Shown one piece after another: positions 24,133 through 35,200 of a stretch of 64,000 nucleotides of DNA. Under the pieces are notes generated by a model that saw only the letters and a program-made list of their open reading frames with translations, ran no database searches and was not told where the DNA came from. Source of the stretch: a virus; the IMG/VR virus record IMGVR_UViG_3300014838_000019, positions 1-64,000 of that record; one strand, written 5' to 3'. Position 1 is the first letter of the stretch. Each line of letters begins with the position of its first letter. A program made the translations under genes and the position numbers.

Positions 24133-24738
24133 ATGAAAAAGTCAGAACTCACACAACTCACACAGATAATTGAAGTTCTCGTAACTCGGGAAGTTCGCAA
24201 ACAACTCCCTAAACTCATTGGAGAGGTATTTTCCAACATGACCGGGAAGGCAATGGTCACGGAAAATGTCCATAAGGAAGTTGCACATCCATCAACAACC
24301 GTCGATCATCACGAATTTAAGTCATCTCTGAAAGACCTTTTTACTGGGGCAATACCCATAACAAGGGCAGAATTAGAAGAGGGGGTTCGTTCATCCCCTC
24401 CAAAGGTAATGAAAACCTATACTAAAGACCCAATTCTTAATAAAATTTTGAATGAAACCACTCCAAGAGCAAGTGAAGGACCGGGAGCAATGGCAGCATT
24501 AGCTGGAGGATTTAGTCCGTCGGGTCCAATTGATATGGGGCAAATAGTTCAACCAACGTCAAATGCTACAATGTTATCGGAAGGTCATGCTCCGTTATCG
24601 AATATACCAGATGGAGTTTCGGTGTTGGATGTAGCCAAGATGGGTGGAGGTGTTATTGCCGCCCCAGTTGTGGAAGCATTGACCAATTATGATCGAATGA
24701 AGAAGATTTTGGATGCATCGAAAGGTAAGAGATACTAA
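24133..24738 (+). CDS. Hypothetical (likely virion) protein
   Basis: TATTTATA upstream; KDPILNKILNET motif. Confidence 0.7.
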   Translation: MKKSELTQLTQIIEVLVTREVRKQLPKLIGEVFSNMTGKAMVTENVHKEVAHPSTTVDHHEFKSSLKDLFTGAIPITRAELEEGVRSSPPKVMKTYTKDPILNKILNETTPRASEGPGAMAALAGGFSPSGPIDMGQIVQPTSNATMLSEGHAPLSNIPDGVSVLDVAKMGGGVIAAPVVEALTNYDRMKKILDASKGKRY

Positions 24739-25146
24739 ATGTCCCTTATAAAAAATACTCCAATCGGTATTACGTTTCCCATCCGAGATGGGCGTGATGG
24801 GTATTTTGAGCAGTCAACGGATAGTTTCACGGCTTACCGGATGAATATCATCAATTTGCTTAGAACTAACCAAGGAGAACGAAGGTTGAATCCAACGTTT
24901 GGTTCTAGATTGGGAACTTTGGTATTCGATCCGAATGATGATTTTCTACTGAAGAAGATTGAAAACATAATTCAGCAAGATATATCCGAATGGATTCCTG
25001 GCATCACAGTGACAAATGTAGCGGTCGAGGGAAACCAAAATACAAATACTGATAATTATACATTGCAAATTTCCGTCACATATGTCATAAACGCAATCAA
25101 TGCGGCGGATGTAGTGGGGATTAACCTCAATGTGAACAAAGTTTAA
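24739..25146 (+). CDS. Baseplate wedge protein gp25-like
   Basis: NLLRTNQGERRLNPTFGSRL...FDP...WIPGI, the GPW/gp25 signature. Confidence 0.9.
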   Translation: MSLIKNTPIGITFPIRDGRDGYFEQSTDSFTAYRMNIINLLRTNQGERRLNPTFGSRLGTLVFDPNDDFLLKKIENIIQQDISEWIPGITVTNVAVEGNQNTNTDNYTLQISVTYVINAINAADVVGINLNVNKV

Positions 25147-25148
25147 AT

Positions 25149-27128
25149 ATGGCAACTACAACACCAAAGTCTTTTCAGCCTAATAGCAAAGACATTCGAT
25201 ATATTAACCGGGATTTCTCTCAACTAAGGGAGGCGTTAATCAATTTCGCAAAGGTTTATTATCCGAATACATATAAAGACTTTTCCCCTGCCGCCCCCGG
25301 CATGATGTTCATTGAACAAGCTGCTTATGTTGGTGATGTACTCAGTTATTATACGGATTATATTTTCGGGGAAACAACCATACAAAATGCCACCGAAAGA
25401 AAAAATATCATAGGGCTTGCAAGTTACTTGGGATATAAAGCTCAAGCAACGACCGCTGCTAATGGAGTTGTTAACCTCCAACAACTTTGTCCCGCTGCTA
25501 CTGATGGAGCAGGATCATATTATCCTGACCCAAATTACATGCTAACAGTAAGTCAAAATACTCAATTTTCCAACCAAAATGGAGCATATTACATATTGAC
25601 TTCGGATATTAACTTCAACGTTAGCACATCATTATCTCCGAGAACCGACCAAGTGTATTCTAGAAACTCAGATGGAACTCCACAGTTTTTCTTGATGACA
25701 AAGGAAGGACCAATTAGTTCTGGACAAATATTGACTATAAACGTTACGGTTGGAACACCGACAGCATATTTTCAAATTCCACTTACGGAAACCAATGTTA
25801 TTGACATTGTTGACATTGTTGATTCTGACAATAACGAGTGGTATGAGGTGGAGTATTTAGCTCAGGGTATGGTTCCTACTGCCGTTCCAAATGATGCCGA
25901 ATACGAAGGATCACTTGCACAATATCAAGATTCCGTCCCGTACATTTTGACATATCTCAAAACATCTCGCAAGTTTATAAAAAGCGTGGATGAGAACAAT
26001 TTGACGACTATTACATTTGGTGCGGGAATAAACGGAGTAGATGATGAATTGGTGACATTTGATTCCAATTTACTTGGGGTAGGACTTCAAAACATAAATA
26101 CTGTAAATGTCCCATTGGACCCAAGCACATTCTTAAATAATGAAAACTATGGCATAGCACCACAAAACACCACCCTCACGGTAACTTACACGATTGGTGG
26201 AGGATTGCTATCCAACTGTCAATCGGGAGAAATAACGAACATAGTAGCACCGATATTCAATAACCCAACGGAAGGTCTGTTACCATCACAAATGGCGTTG
26301 CTTCAAACCGTTCAAAATTCTCTTGCGGTATATAACCCATCACCATGTAATGGTGGTAAAGATGCAGAGACCGACGACGAATTGAGATTAAATGCAATGG
26401 CAACGTTTGCCGCACAGAATCGTGCCGTTACTCAGAATGATTATTTGACACGTCTATATTCAATGCCCTCGCAGTTTGGTTCTATTGCTAAAGCACAGAT
26501 TGTTGCCAATACCAGTTTACAAGTTGGTATCAATAAGATTTTGATTGGAAACATTGACCAAAATAATGTAGCTCAAGTTACTGATAACAGTAATAGTAGT
26601 TACTTGCGTAGCATTGCATATGACAATACAAACCCCTTTGCACTCAATGTTTATATTCTAAGTTATGACGCAAATAAGAATTTAACACCATCCAACCAAG
26701 CATTAATAACAAATTTAATTACCTATCTAAAACAATACAGAATTATTACTGATGGGGTAAACCTAATTGATGGATATGTTATAAATATAGGAGTTAATTT
26801 TACAATCACCGCTTACAAAGGCTACAATAAGAAAGATGTGTTGAGCAACTGTATATCGACCGTTCAAGATTTTTTCAGCATTGACAAATGGAGTTTTTCT
26901 CAACCCATTAACTTGAGCCAATTGAATTTGGAAATAGCCAAGATTGAAGGAGTGCAATCTGTGCCTGTTGTTCAGATTACAAACCTAACAACTATGGATG
27001 GAACTTATTCAGGAGTTCAATATGACATTTCAGCAGCAACTAAGAATAATATAGTATATCCATCGATCGATCCTAGCGTGTTTGAGGTTCGTTTTCCGAA
27101 TAGTGATATTAGAGGAAGTTGCTTATAA
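25149..27128 (+). CDS. Baseplate wedge protein gp6-like (baseplate J family)
   Basis: RDFSQLREAL, GDVLSYYTD, LGYK, GGKDAET, QNRAVTQNDY motifs. Confidence 0.88.
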   Translation: MATTTPKSFQPNSKDIRYINRDFSQLREALINFAKVYYPNTYKDFSPAAPGMMFIEQAAYVGDVLSYYTDYIFGETTIQNATERKNIIGLASYLGYKAQATTAANGVVNLQQLCPAATDGAGSYYPDPNYMLTVSQNTQFSNQNGAYYILTSDINFNVSTSLSPRTDQVYSRNSDGTPQFFLMTKEGPISSGQILTINVTVGTPTAYFQIPLTETNVIDIVDIVDSDNNEWYEVEYLAQGMVPTAVPNDAEYEGSLAQYQDSVPYILTYLKTSRKFIKSVDENNLTTITFGAGINGVDDELVTFDSNLLGVGLQNINTVNVPLDPSTFLNNENYGIAPQNTTLTVTYTIGGGLLSNCQSGEITNIVAPIFNNPTEGLLPSQMALLQTVQNSLAVYNPSPCNGGKDAETDDELRLNAMATFAAQNRAVTQNDYLTRLYSMPSQFGSIAKAQIVANTSLQVGINKILIGNIDQNNVAQVTDNSNSSYLRSIAYDNTNPFALNVYILSYDANKNLTPSNQALITNLITYLKQYRIITDGVNLIDGYVINIGVNFTITAYKGYNKKDVLSNCISTVQDFFSIDKWSFSQPINLSQLNLEIAKIEGVQSVPVVQITNLTTMDGTYSGVQYDISAATKNNIVYPSIDPSVFEVRFPNSDIRGSCL

Positions 27129-27138
27129 TAAATAATTT

Positions 27139-28026
27139 ATGGAATATAAAAAACAATGTCCAACTTGTGGGAAAGAGATTGTGTTCTCTTGTAAACAATC
27201 ATTACGATTATCCATAAAAAATAATCGTGATTGTAAACAGTGGTCTGCATTAAAACGTGCTCCGAAATCAGAAGAAACTAAATGTAAAATTTCACAGACC
27301 TTAATTGGAAGAACAATACCACGAGATATAGTTGAAAAAATAAGAACTACGCTCAAGGTTAAATTTAATACTCCCGAATATAAAAATAAGTTCAAGATAC
27401 AAAATGGGGGAGAAAATAATCCCAATTTTGGAAATCATCATGATGAGAAAATAAGAAACAAGATTTCTATTCAAACGAAAATAGCAATAAGTTCGGAGGA
27501 TGTAAGAAATCGTCACTTAGAGTCGCATAGAACAGAAGAATATAGAAATAAAATTTCTCAACTTAATCTTGGGCGAAAGCATTCATGTAATAGTCGAATG
27601 AAAATGAAAGGTCCAAGACCAAGTTTACAAGGCGAAAACAATCCGAATTTTGGAAAACACAGAAAGCATTCGGATGAAGATAGAAGAAAAATGAGAATAG
27701 CTTTCGTGACTCGTCTCGACGAAATGTTTCGAGATGGGTGTGATATAACATATCCAAATTATAATCCGAACGCCTGTAAAATAATTACAGAATATGGGAG
27801 GCAAAATGGATATAAATTCCAACACGCTCTCAAGGGTGGAGAATATCATATCAAAGATTTGGGATATTGGGTAGATGGATATGATAAAGAAAAGAATGTG
27901 GTTATAGAAATTGATGAGCATCATCACAATAAGCCAAGTCAAAGAGAAAAAGACATTCGTCGTCAAAAGGAAATAGAGAAACATCTTGGTTGCAAGTTTA
28001 TACGTCTGCCTTTCGTTAAACCTTGA
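27139..28026 (+). CDS. Homing endonuclease (NUMOD3 repeats + PD-(D/E)XK-type domain)
   Basis: GENNPNFG/KHS repeats; YWVDGYDKEKNVVIEIDEHHH...D..RQKEI. Confidence 0.8.
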   Translation: MEYKKQCPTCGKEIVFSCKQSLRLSIKNNRDCKQWSALKRAPKSEETKCKISQTLIGRTIPRDIVEKIRTTLKVKFNTPEYKNKFKIQNGGENNPNFGNHHDEKIRNKISIQTKIAISSEDVRNRHLESHRTEEYRNKISQLNLGRKHSCNSRMKMKGPRPSLQGENNPNFGKHRKHSDEDRRKMRIAFVTRLDEMFRDGCDITYPNYNPNACKIITEYGRQNGYKFQHALKGGEYHIKDLGYWVDGYDKEKNVVIEIDEHHHNKPSQREKDIRRQKEIEKHLGCKFIRLPFVKP

Positions 28027-28626
28027 CTATTTATATCTGATATGATTAAGTTGAAAGAATTAATAATGGAGACCAAACGAAAACAGTATGGATGTGTTAT
28101 GGCGTGTATTGATGGAGGCATTAAATCCGAAATTCTAAAATTTAATAAATCCATTATTGAAAATGAAATCATTTATGATAACAAAGAAAAAGAATTTGGA
28201 CGGGAGACCGACCCTCACATCACCATTAAATTTGGGTTGACTAAAAATTATACCCGAAAAGATATGGAAACTTTTTTGAAAGATGTATCGCCGTTTACTA
28301 TAAATATTGATGGCGTAAGTGTATTTGAAAATGATGATTTTGACGTTGTTAAAATGGATGTGTCTGGAGATGAACTGAAGAAATTAAATAAGAAATTTAG
28401 TAAATTGCCAAATGAAGATGAACATCCAGATTATCATCCACATTGTACTTTAGCATATGTAACTCATGGTGAAGGAGATAAATTTAACGGCAAATCAAAG
28501 AAATTTTTAAATATAGAAATTAGTCGAATAGTATATTCTTGTTCCGATGGAAAGAGTTATTATAACTTAAAATATTCCTATCCAAAATCTTAAAATGGCA
28601 TTGACTATTTATATCTGATATGATTA
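28023..28626 (+). repeat. 26-bp identical promoter/start cassette at 28023-28048 and 28601-28626
   Basis: TTGACTATTTATATCTGATATGATTA precedes and includes the starts of both small cargo genes. Confidence 0.9.
28042..28593 (+). CDS. 2H phosphoesterase, Acb1/T4 57B-like (putative anti-CBASS)
   Basis: PHIT and PHCT HxT motifs; DYHPHCTLAY resembles Acb1 DYTPHITLSY; MIKLKELIME leader. Confidence 0.75.
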   Translation: MIKLKELIMETKRKQYGCVMACIDGGIKSEILKFNKSIIENEIIYDNKEKEFGRETDPHITIKFGLTKNYTRKDMETFLKDVSPFTINIDGVSVFENDDFDVVKMDVSGDELKKLNKKFSKLPNEDEHPDYHPHCTLAYVTHGEGDKFNGKSKKFLNIEISRIVYSCSDGKSYYNLKYSYPKS

Positions 28627-28964
28627 GGATGAAGACATTATTGTTGGAGACTATGGTGAAATTGACTCATGAAGATGCTCAAGAAGTGATGCATAAAATT
28701 GGAGTGTTAGCTGATAATACAGATTTACAAGAGGACTATGGTGTTACATCAGAACAAGCGAAGGCATTGGTACACAGCATTCCTCAGAATGGGGGAGAAT
28801 GGCTCATTCCAGATTGGGGAATAAATGCTGTTAGAGGTGAAATAGAAGACCATATACAGGTGCTTAGAGATATAGCTATGGATGCATACAATAGCAATGA
28901 AAAAGGACAATTTTTGAGAATAAGTAAACAAGCCAAACGATTAACTGCCTTATTTGAGTTATAA
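28620..28964 (+). CDS. Hypothetical protein with MIRMKTLLLE leader
   Basis: 114 aa; shares the upstream cassette and the leader motif. Confidence 0.7.
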   Translation: MIRMKTLLLETMVKLTHEDAQEVMHKIGVLADNTDLQEDYGVTSEQAKALVHSIPQNGGEWLIPDWGINAVRGEIEDHIQVLRDIAMDAYNSNEKGQFLRISKQAKRLTALFEL

Positions 28965-28968
28965 ATAT

Positions 28969-29139
28969 ATGAAGGAAATAAATTCCAATGAAGAATTGAA
29001 GTGGAAACGAGATTGTCCGTCTTGTGGAGAGGAACTTATTTATGGAATATTAAGAGAGAAGGATATTCGTCGTCAGAATGAAATAGAACAATATCTTAAA
29101 TGTAAGTTTATAAGAATTCCCATCAAATACAAGGTATAA
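28969..29139 (+). pseudogene. Internally deleted homing-endonuclease stub
   Basis: KWKRDCPSCGEELIY joined to REKDIRRQNEIEQYLKCKFIRIP, matching both ends of 27139..28026. Confidence 0.75.
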
Positions 29140-29140
29140 T

Positions 29141-31744
29141 ATGCATCATCAGATTTTTCCGGTCACAGATACTTACATAACCGACCGTCCAAATGATTTG
29201 GATACGAAGAACTTTGGTGTGACGGAAATCCTCCAAGTTGGAACTCAGAACAAACTAATAGGATATATCAGTCCCACCACGGATTATCTCTACTCCAACA
29301 TTATATTTGACAGCATTGGGGTTCAATACTTTAACGGCACATTTACGGGGTCTATATTAGGAACGACTGGTAGTTCATATGCATATCTCGTTGGATCGGG
29401 AAGTATTACATCGGCATCTTATTTCAGTGGTTCAGATATAGGTGGGGTAATAAATGGGATTTTTTCGGGATCATTTGAGGTTGATTTTTATGTTGGAAGT
29501 ATAGCCAGCGGTTCATATGTTTGTTTTTATGGAACGGCATCTGGAACTGATACTCGTCAGCAAAGAAGCAGCCAATATAGCACCCAATCGTTCGCCGACC
29601 ACGCTCTATTACAATTTGATATTACTGCTATTTCCCAGTCCATTTCTTCGGGAGATATAGTGAATGCGTCATTTTTCCTAAAAGTCAAGATTTGTAACGA
29701 ATTTGAGATTCCAATGGCATATTCCATTTATGCTGCCCCACTCAGCGAAAGTTGGGTCGGTGGAGTCGGCTATACATCCGATGGTGGAGATTCCAATGGA
29801 GCAAGTTGGGTCTATAGAGATTTTGATGGAGGAACAGCATGGGTCACTGCGGGAGGAACTGTAATACCCACATATTGTACGCAAAGTTTTCAATATCAAT
29901 CGGCTGATCTCGATATGGATGTTACTCCCATTGTAAATCAATGGTTCGCAGGACTTCCAAACAATGGATTTATTATTCAGTCTTCCGATGAACTTTTCCC
30001 AACTGGATCAGGATTCATTCTTAAATATTTTAGCAAAGAAACAAACACGGTATATTCTCCCGTGCTCGATGTAGGATGGGACGATTCCTCGTTTATTACG
30101 GGCAGTTTCTTTACAGCCAGTGCTCAAGTATTATCCATTACAGCGTCATCTATGACAGTAAATGGTAGTGGATCGTGGTTAAATGCCGTTGGAGGAGTTC
30201 ATGGAAACTTTTCGGCTTCAACAGCTATAACCATAGGAACTAACTACATTACATCAAGTGGAAACATGACTATATTCGTAAATGAATTGGTGCAACAATT
30301 CACCGGAAGTTTGACTGGTTCATTCTATGGAATTGCAGATGTCATTTATGGAACTTTGTCAGGAAGTGGGACGTTCTACACTGATTATTACTCGGGGTCC
30401 GTTAACGGATTTCCAATAGTGTCTTCGGGAAGTATAAGTAGTGGATTGATTGATGTGTTCATTAGTGGAACAGTAATAATGCCTACGAGTTCTATTACTT
30501 TATTCACAGGATATTTGTTATCCAATGCCATATCTTTAAATGGAACGGGGTCTGGTCAATATTATGATTCTGCCTCGGTCGCATTTAGTGGGTTCATATT
30601 TGGACAGGGAATATCGGGAAATATTTCAGGAGTTCCCATATTTGGACCGGCATTTGGTGTAATGAGTGTTACAACTACCGTTGTAACGTTGCCAACAGAA
30701 TGGAAATATTCATATCCGACATCTCCCAATGAGGCTCCATACGGAGATATGATACGTCAGATTTTCAACTGTTCTGATTGTGGTGATGGTGGATGGGCTA
30801 ACCGTCCAAACCCTTGGAATGCCTCCCCACCATTGAACAGTCAATTTTGCAATCCAACGCCATATGCATTTGATAGTTTATACTATGTATGGTCAGGCGA
30901 TGATGTTGGATGGACTATGACCCTTCCACAGGCATCATCATCGGTCATAACGTCATCTTGCGGGAAATATCATACCGTTCAAAAAATGGATGGAACGTTT
31001 AGTGATGGAGTTTTCAGTGGAAGTTCATTCTTTGCCTTTTATGAGAACTATAAAATATCATTCGGAATGTTAACTGGGTCGTGGAATCCATCTGCATTGA
31101 ATGGGGAAACGCTTGTCGTTACCTTACCTCCATTGTTTTTCCCATATTATACCGCAGTTCTTGAAGGTCCGTATGCTTATGGACCAATCATGGGTATTTA
31201 TACTACGTCTGGCTCTTATAGCGCAAGTTTTTATGGTCAGTTCACCGACGGAATGTTGTTGGGGGCAATGGCGGACTTTCAACTGTCGGGAAGTGCCGTT
31301 ACTTCAAGTTATGCTTATACGAGCAGCGTAAATTTGTCAGCCAGTTATTTGTTGCCACTCGACGTAGAACAACAGTTCAGCATAAATCTGACCAATTTGC
31401 AGTCAGAATATAAGGCAGGAGATATTATCAAACTCAATGTATTTGGAAGAAAAAAATATCCTCAGAAGTTTTTCGATCATACTAATCAACAAACTCAATA
31501 TCTTATTCCTGAGTTTTTGCCTTCATCGTCATATTATGCGTTAAAAGACAATCAGACTGGAGAAATTGTAGTTAATTTCGATAGTTATACCCGTATAAGC
31601 TGCGACTACCCATATGGAAACTATTTCCTAGTGGATACGACGGGCATACCACAAGAGAGATACTATAAAGTATTGGTTCGTGTGGAAGACGGGTCAATAA
31701 TGGACACGATTGACACAGGAAAAATATTTAAGATAACGAGATAA
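29141..31744 (+). CDS. Large virion structural protein (DNRLRE-like N-terminal domain, GS-rich)
   Basis: DTYI...NFG...LLQFD...W...G...DVTPIV...W...NNGF pattern; many TGS/SGS repeats. Confidence 0.65.
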   Translation: MHHQIFPVTDTYITDRPNDLDTKNFGVTEILQVGTQNKLIGYISPTTDYLYSNIIFDSIGVQYFNGTFTGSILGTTGSSYAYLVGSGSITSASYFSGSDIGGVINGIFSGSFEVDFYVGSIASGSYVCFYGTASGTDTRQQRSSQYSTQSFADHALLQFDITAISQSISSGDIVNASFFLKVKICNEFEIPMAYSIYAAPLSESWVGGVGYTSDGGDSNGASWVYRDFDGGTAWVTAGGTVIPTYCTQSFQYQSADLDMDVTPIVNQWFAGLPNNGFIIQSSDELFPTGSGFILKYFSKETNTVYSPVLDVGWDDSSFITGSFFTASAQVLSITASSMTVNGSGSWLNAVGGVHGNFSASTAITIGTNYITSSGNMTIFVNELVQQFTGSLTGSFYGIADVIYGTLSGSGTFYTDYYSGSVNGFPIVSSGSISSGLIDVFISGTVIMPTSSITLFTGYLLSNAISLNGTGSGQYYDSASVAFSGFIFGQGISGNISGVPIFGPAFGVMSVTTTVVTLPTEWKYSYPTSPNEAPYGDMIRQIFNCSDCGDGGWANRPNPWNASPPLNSQFCNPTPYAFDSLYYVWSGDDVGWTMTLPQASSSVITSSCGKYHTVQKMDGTFSDGVFSGSSFFAFYENYKISFGMLTGSWNPSALNGETLVVTLPPLFFPYYTAVLEGPYAYGPIMGIYTTSGSYSASFYGQFTDGMLLGAMADFQLSGSAVTSSYAYTSSVNLSASYLLPLDVEQQFSINLTNLQSEYKAGDIIKLNVFGRKKYPQKFFDHTNQQTQYLIPEFLPSSSYYALKDNQTGEIVVNFDSYTRISCDYPYGNYFLVDTTGIPQERYYKVLVRVEDGSIMDTIDTGKIFKITR

Positions 31745-31747
31745 GAT

Positions 31748-32206
31748 ATGGCTGATTTTTCGATGGACATAGACCAATTTCAGAAGGATGGAACTTATAC
31801 ATATGAGTTTGATGATGCTGGAAACTTGTATTTTAACAGTGCCTCCACTGACTTTTCACAGGTCTATTTATCATTACCATTGACCAACGTATCTTATAAC
31901 AGTGCGAGAATAGAAAAGTTTTACAATCCAACGTTTCTTGAGTTTATTCCAACAACGATTGTTACATCTTCGGCACCAAGCACAGAGGATTTACAGGCTC
32001 AGTTGGGAGTCGTCCAACAAGAAAATATAACATTAAAGTCACAACTTGATAATGTTATTGCTGAAAATGAAACCACAAGCAATTCGTCAGATTCACAGGT
32101 TGTAAAACAAATAATTTTGGAATTAAGAATAGCCTTGGGGCAAGGTCGAGTAGCAGCAAATTTCTCGGATACATTTCCGTATGCGCCGTTAACGGCACAA
32201 TCATAA
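31748..32206 (+). CDS. Hypothetical structural protein with coiled coil
   Basis: 152-aa ORF in the structural operon. Confidence 0.7.
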   Translation: MADFSMDIDQFQKDGTYTYEFDDAGNLYFNSASTDFSQVYLSLPLTNVSYNSARIEKFYNPTFLEFIPTTIVTSSAPSTEDLQAQLGVVQQENITLKSQLDNVIAENETTSNSSDSQVVKQIILELRIALGQGRVAANFSDTFPYAPLTAQS

Positions 32207-32207
32207 T

Positions 32208-35200
32208 ATGGATTACATATCATATCAGTCAATCTCCGAAAACTCACAAAGTTTGAATACGGGTTCTTATTTGAATCCTACGGAATATGCTATGTTTGTA
32301 AATGGGTTCGTTCCAGATTTATGGTATGGACTGTCGGCTAAAGATGTGGTTGAAATTGGACTTTGGGATAGAACTGAAAATCAACTTGGATGGGATATAT
32401 TATATCAATCGAAGAGTTATGATGCTGTAACTGTATCCTATTTGGATTCTAAAAATAATTCCGTCACATACTCTTATAAAGAGCTTATTCCAGATTTCAT
32501 TCTGAATAAAACGAACAATCTATTGGTTGATCCAACAAATAATATTTCATCGTCCTTTTCCATTTTTAGCGGAAGCTTCAATCTGACATATAATTTGACC
32601 CGAGAAATGGCAGGTTCTCCTACTATTCCATTGGTCATTACAGACATAGCCCCATCAAGGACTGAAGTAAAATTACTTCCGTTATCAGCATCAGACGATT
32701 CTTACACTGCATTTTGTCAGCATCAAGTTTTGATACAAGATGCGTCCCCACTGTATATCAGTTCGCTTACATCATGTCCTTACGGTAAGATTTTAAGCGT
32801 AGTAACTCCTCTCTATACCAATCAAATTTCTACAATCCGAAACTTATTTTTCATTTCATCTGAGGGTGGAATAGAACTATTTTTCCGTAACATTTATGAA
32901 GACTTGCTCATGTATTCTTCGAATACATTCGGGGTTCAGAACTTTATCCGAATTCAAGGAATCAAGACGTATTTCACAAACTATCTTCTGTCTAATGGAG
33001 ATACTATAGTTAATTTCAGTGATATTGATTCTAATTTCGGAGCATTGGTTTCGGCTTCAATCGAACGAAAGTTTGTGTCGGTAGGAAAAAATCCTCCGCA
33101 AGAATATGTCAATGCCAAAGAGTTTGTATATGATTTCTTCACTAAGTATTTTTATACTCCAATATCCAATACGCTTCAGACCACATATAATGACAAATAT
33201 TTTGGATATTTTAAGAACGCTCTGAATGTTGGAAACAACCGCTTGCTTCCAATATTAAGTATAGGAATGATGGATGAGAGAACCAGTCCATATGATCCTC
33301 TGACGTTGCTTATCAAACTTAAAGACGGGTTACCTTCCGATCTTACGATGCAGACTCAATGCTGGGTCTCGAATATTTCGTTGGTTCCTCAGATTGTTAG
33401 TTCTATTTTGGTTAGTAATACATCGATCGGAGTATATCAAATTGGTCCTCCAAACTTTTCTATACCAATCCCACACGCAAGTTTGACTAATACTAATACG
33501 TCTTACACTGCGAATGATTTGACGCAGACAGACGAGGCAGAACGTCAAATTACTGTTGGCCAGAACATACAAAAATTGTCGGTAGATTATACCGATTTCA
33601 GTAACTTCGTTCTATTTTCATCTGCTGAAATGCGTTTGAAAGTATTCAAAAATAAAGCCATAAATCTGTGTGTATTAAGTGCATCGTTAGGATCATTGAA
33701 CACAATTGCTAATACGTTTCTCGTAGCAAGTGGAAGTGTCTATCCATATTATACTCAAGAATATACGACCATCCAAACTCAGATGGATAATATCATAAAC
33801 ACGTTTGATGGTTATGAGTCATATCTTTATAACAATGGAAGTTATGCCTTCCAAAATGGAGAATTTGTAAGTTCCAGTTATGTAGCGAGTCAAGATGTGA
33901 TCGCTACTCAATATGATACTGACAATCGTGATAGTTTGGTAAATACTTGTCCCGAACACGTTCTAACTAATCCCGATAATGATGATTATATAATATTCCT
34001 TTCGATGATTGGTCACTTTTTCGATAACATTTACATTTACATTGCTAACATGCCTTCGGAAAAGAAGTTGGGAAATGATACGACTTCTGTGTTTTCTCGA
34101 CAAGTGGTTGACTACATGCTAGAAACTTTCGGGTGGGATATTGGAAATTCTCTTGAGCAAACCGATTTACTCAACAATTTCTTGACTTCCAACCAAATTG
34201 CCGGATTAAACAGTATGTCGGCGGAAGACCGATTGAAAACGATTCGTAATCGCATCCTACAAAATCTTCCGGCCATTTACAAGGCAAAAGGAACGGACGA
34301 AGCAGTTCAACTCATTTTAGGGTGTTATGGTATTCCATCGGCTCTTCTTAGCGTTCGAGAATATGGTGGAGTAAACTACAACGACCCATCGGCAGCTTAT
34401 ACGCTCTATGAGCGTGTTTATATGCGTCAGTGGGATACTTCGTCTCGATATGACTCTTACGACCTGCAAGTTCCCACAGGATCACATACGTATTTGTTCA
34501 AAATACACCTTGACGACTCTACTCCATACACGTATGGAAATGAGCAGATTTTGTTTGGGAGAGTTCAAGATTCGAATAACACGTCTGTTAGTGGTTCGGG
34601 CGAGTGGTCAACTGGATTTGTTCGCATTCCTAAAAAGAATACTGGGCAAATATTCTTCAGAATTGGATATAAAGGTCAAGAAGAGTTTAAGTTATACAGT
34701 CCTGAATTTCCTCTGTTTGATGGAAACATTTATAGTATAATGATTCGTCGGAATTATCCCGATGCGAATTTTGATATTTCAACCAACCCAGATGTAGTAC
34801 CGGCTCTTTACGATTTGTATGTAAAAAGAAATCAATTTGGAAATCAAGTTGTAGCTCTGTCATCCAGTGCAGTTTGCTATGATGTTGGAACCAATTCTCG
34901 ATTTAGTCAAGGTGGATTGATTAAAATTGGAGGATGGTTCTCTGATTATAATGGTCAAGGATTTACTGGAGCATTCGATAAGTTTCAAGCTTGGTTAAAC
35001 CCAATTTCCAATGATGACCTTGAAAACTATGCAAACAATTTTAATGCATATACTTCTCAAGTAAGTGGGGCACTTTCCTATAAATCATTGTTTTTCCGTA
35101 TGCATACAGATTATCCATTCAATCAAAATGTGAATGGAATATGGAGAAATGGAAACCCATATTTTGCTGTATCTTCATCGGTAAAACTGAATACTCTGTA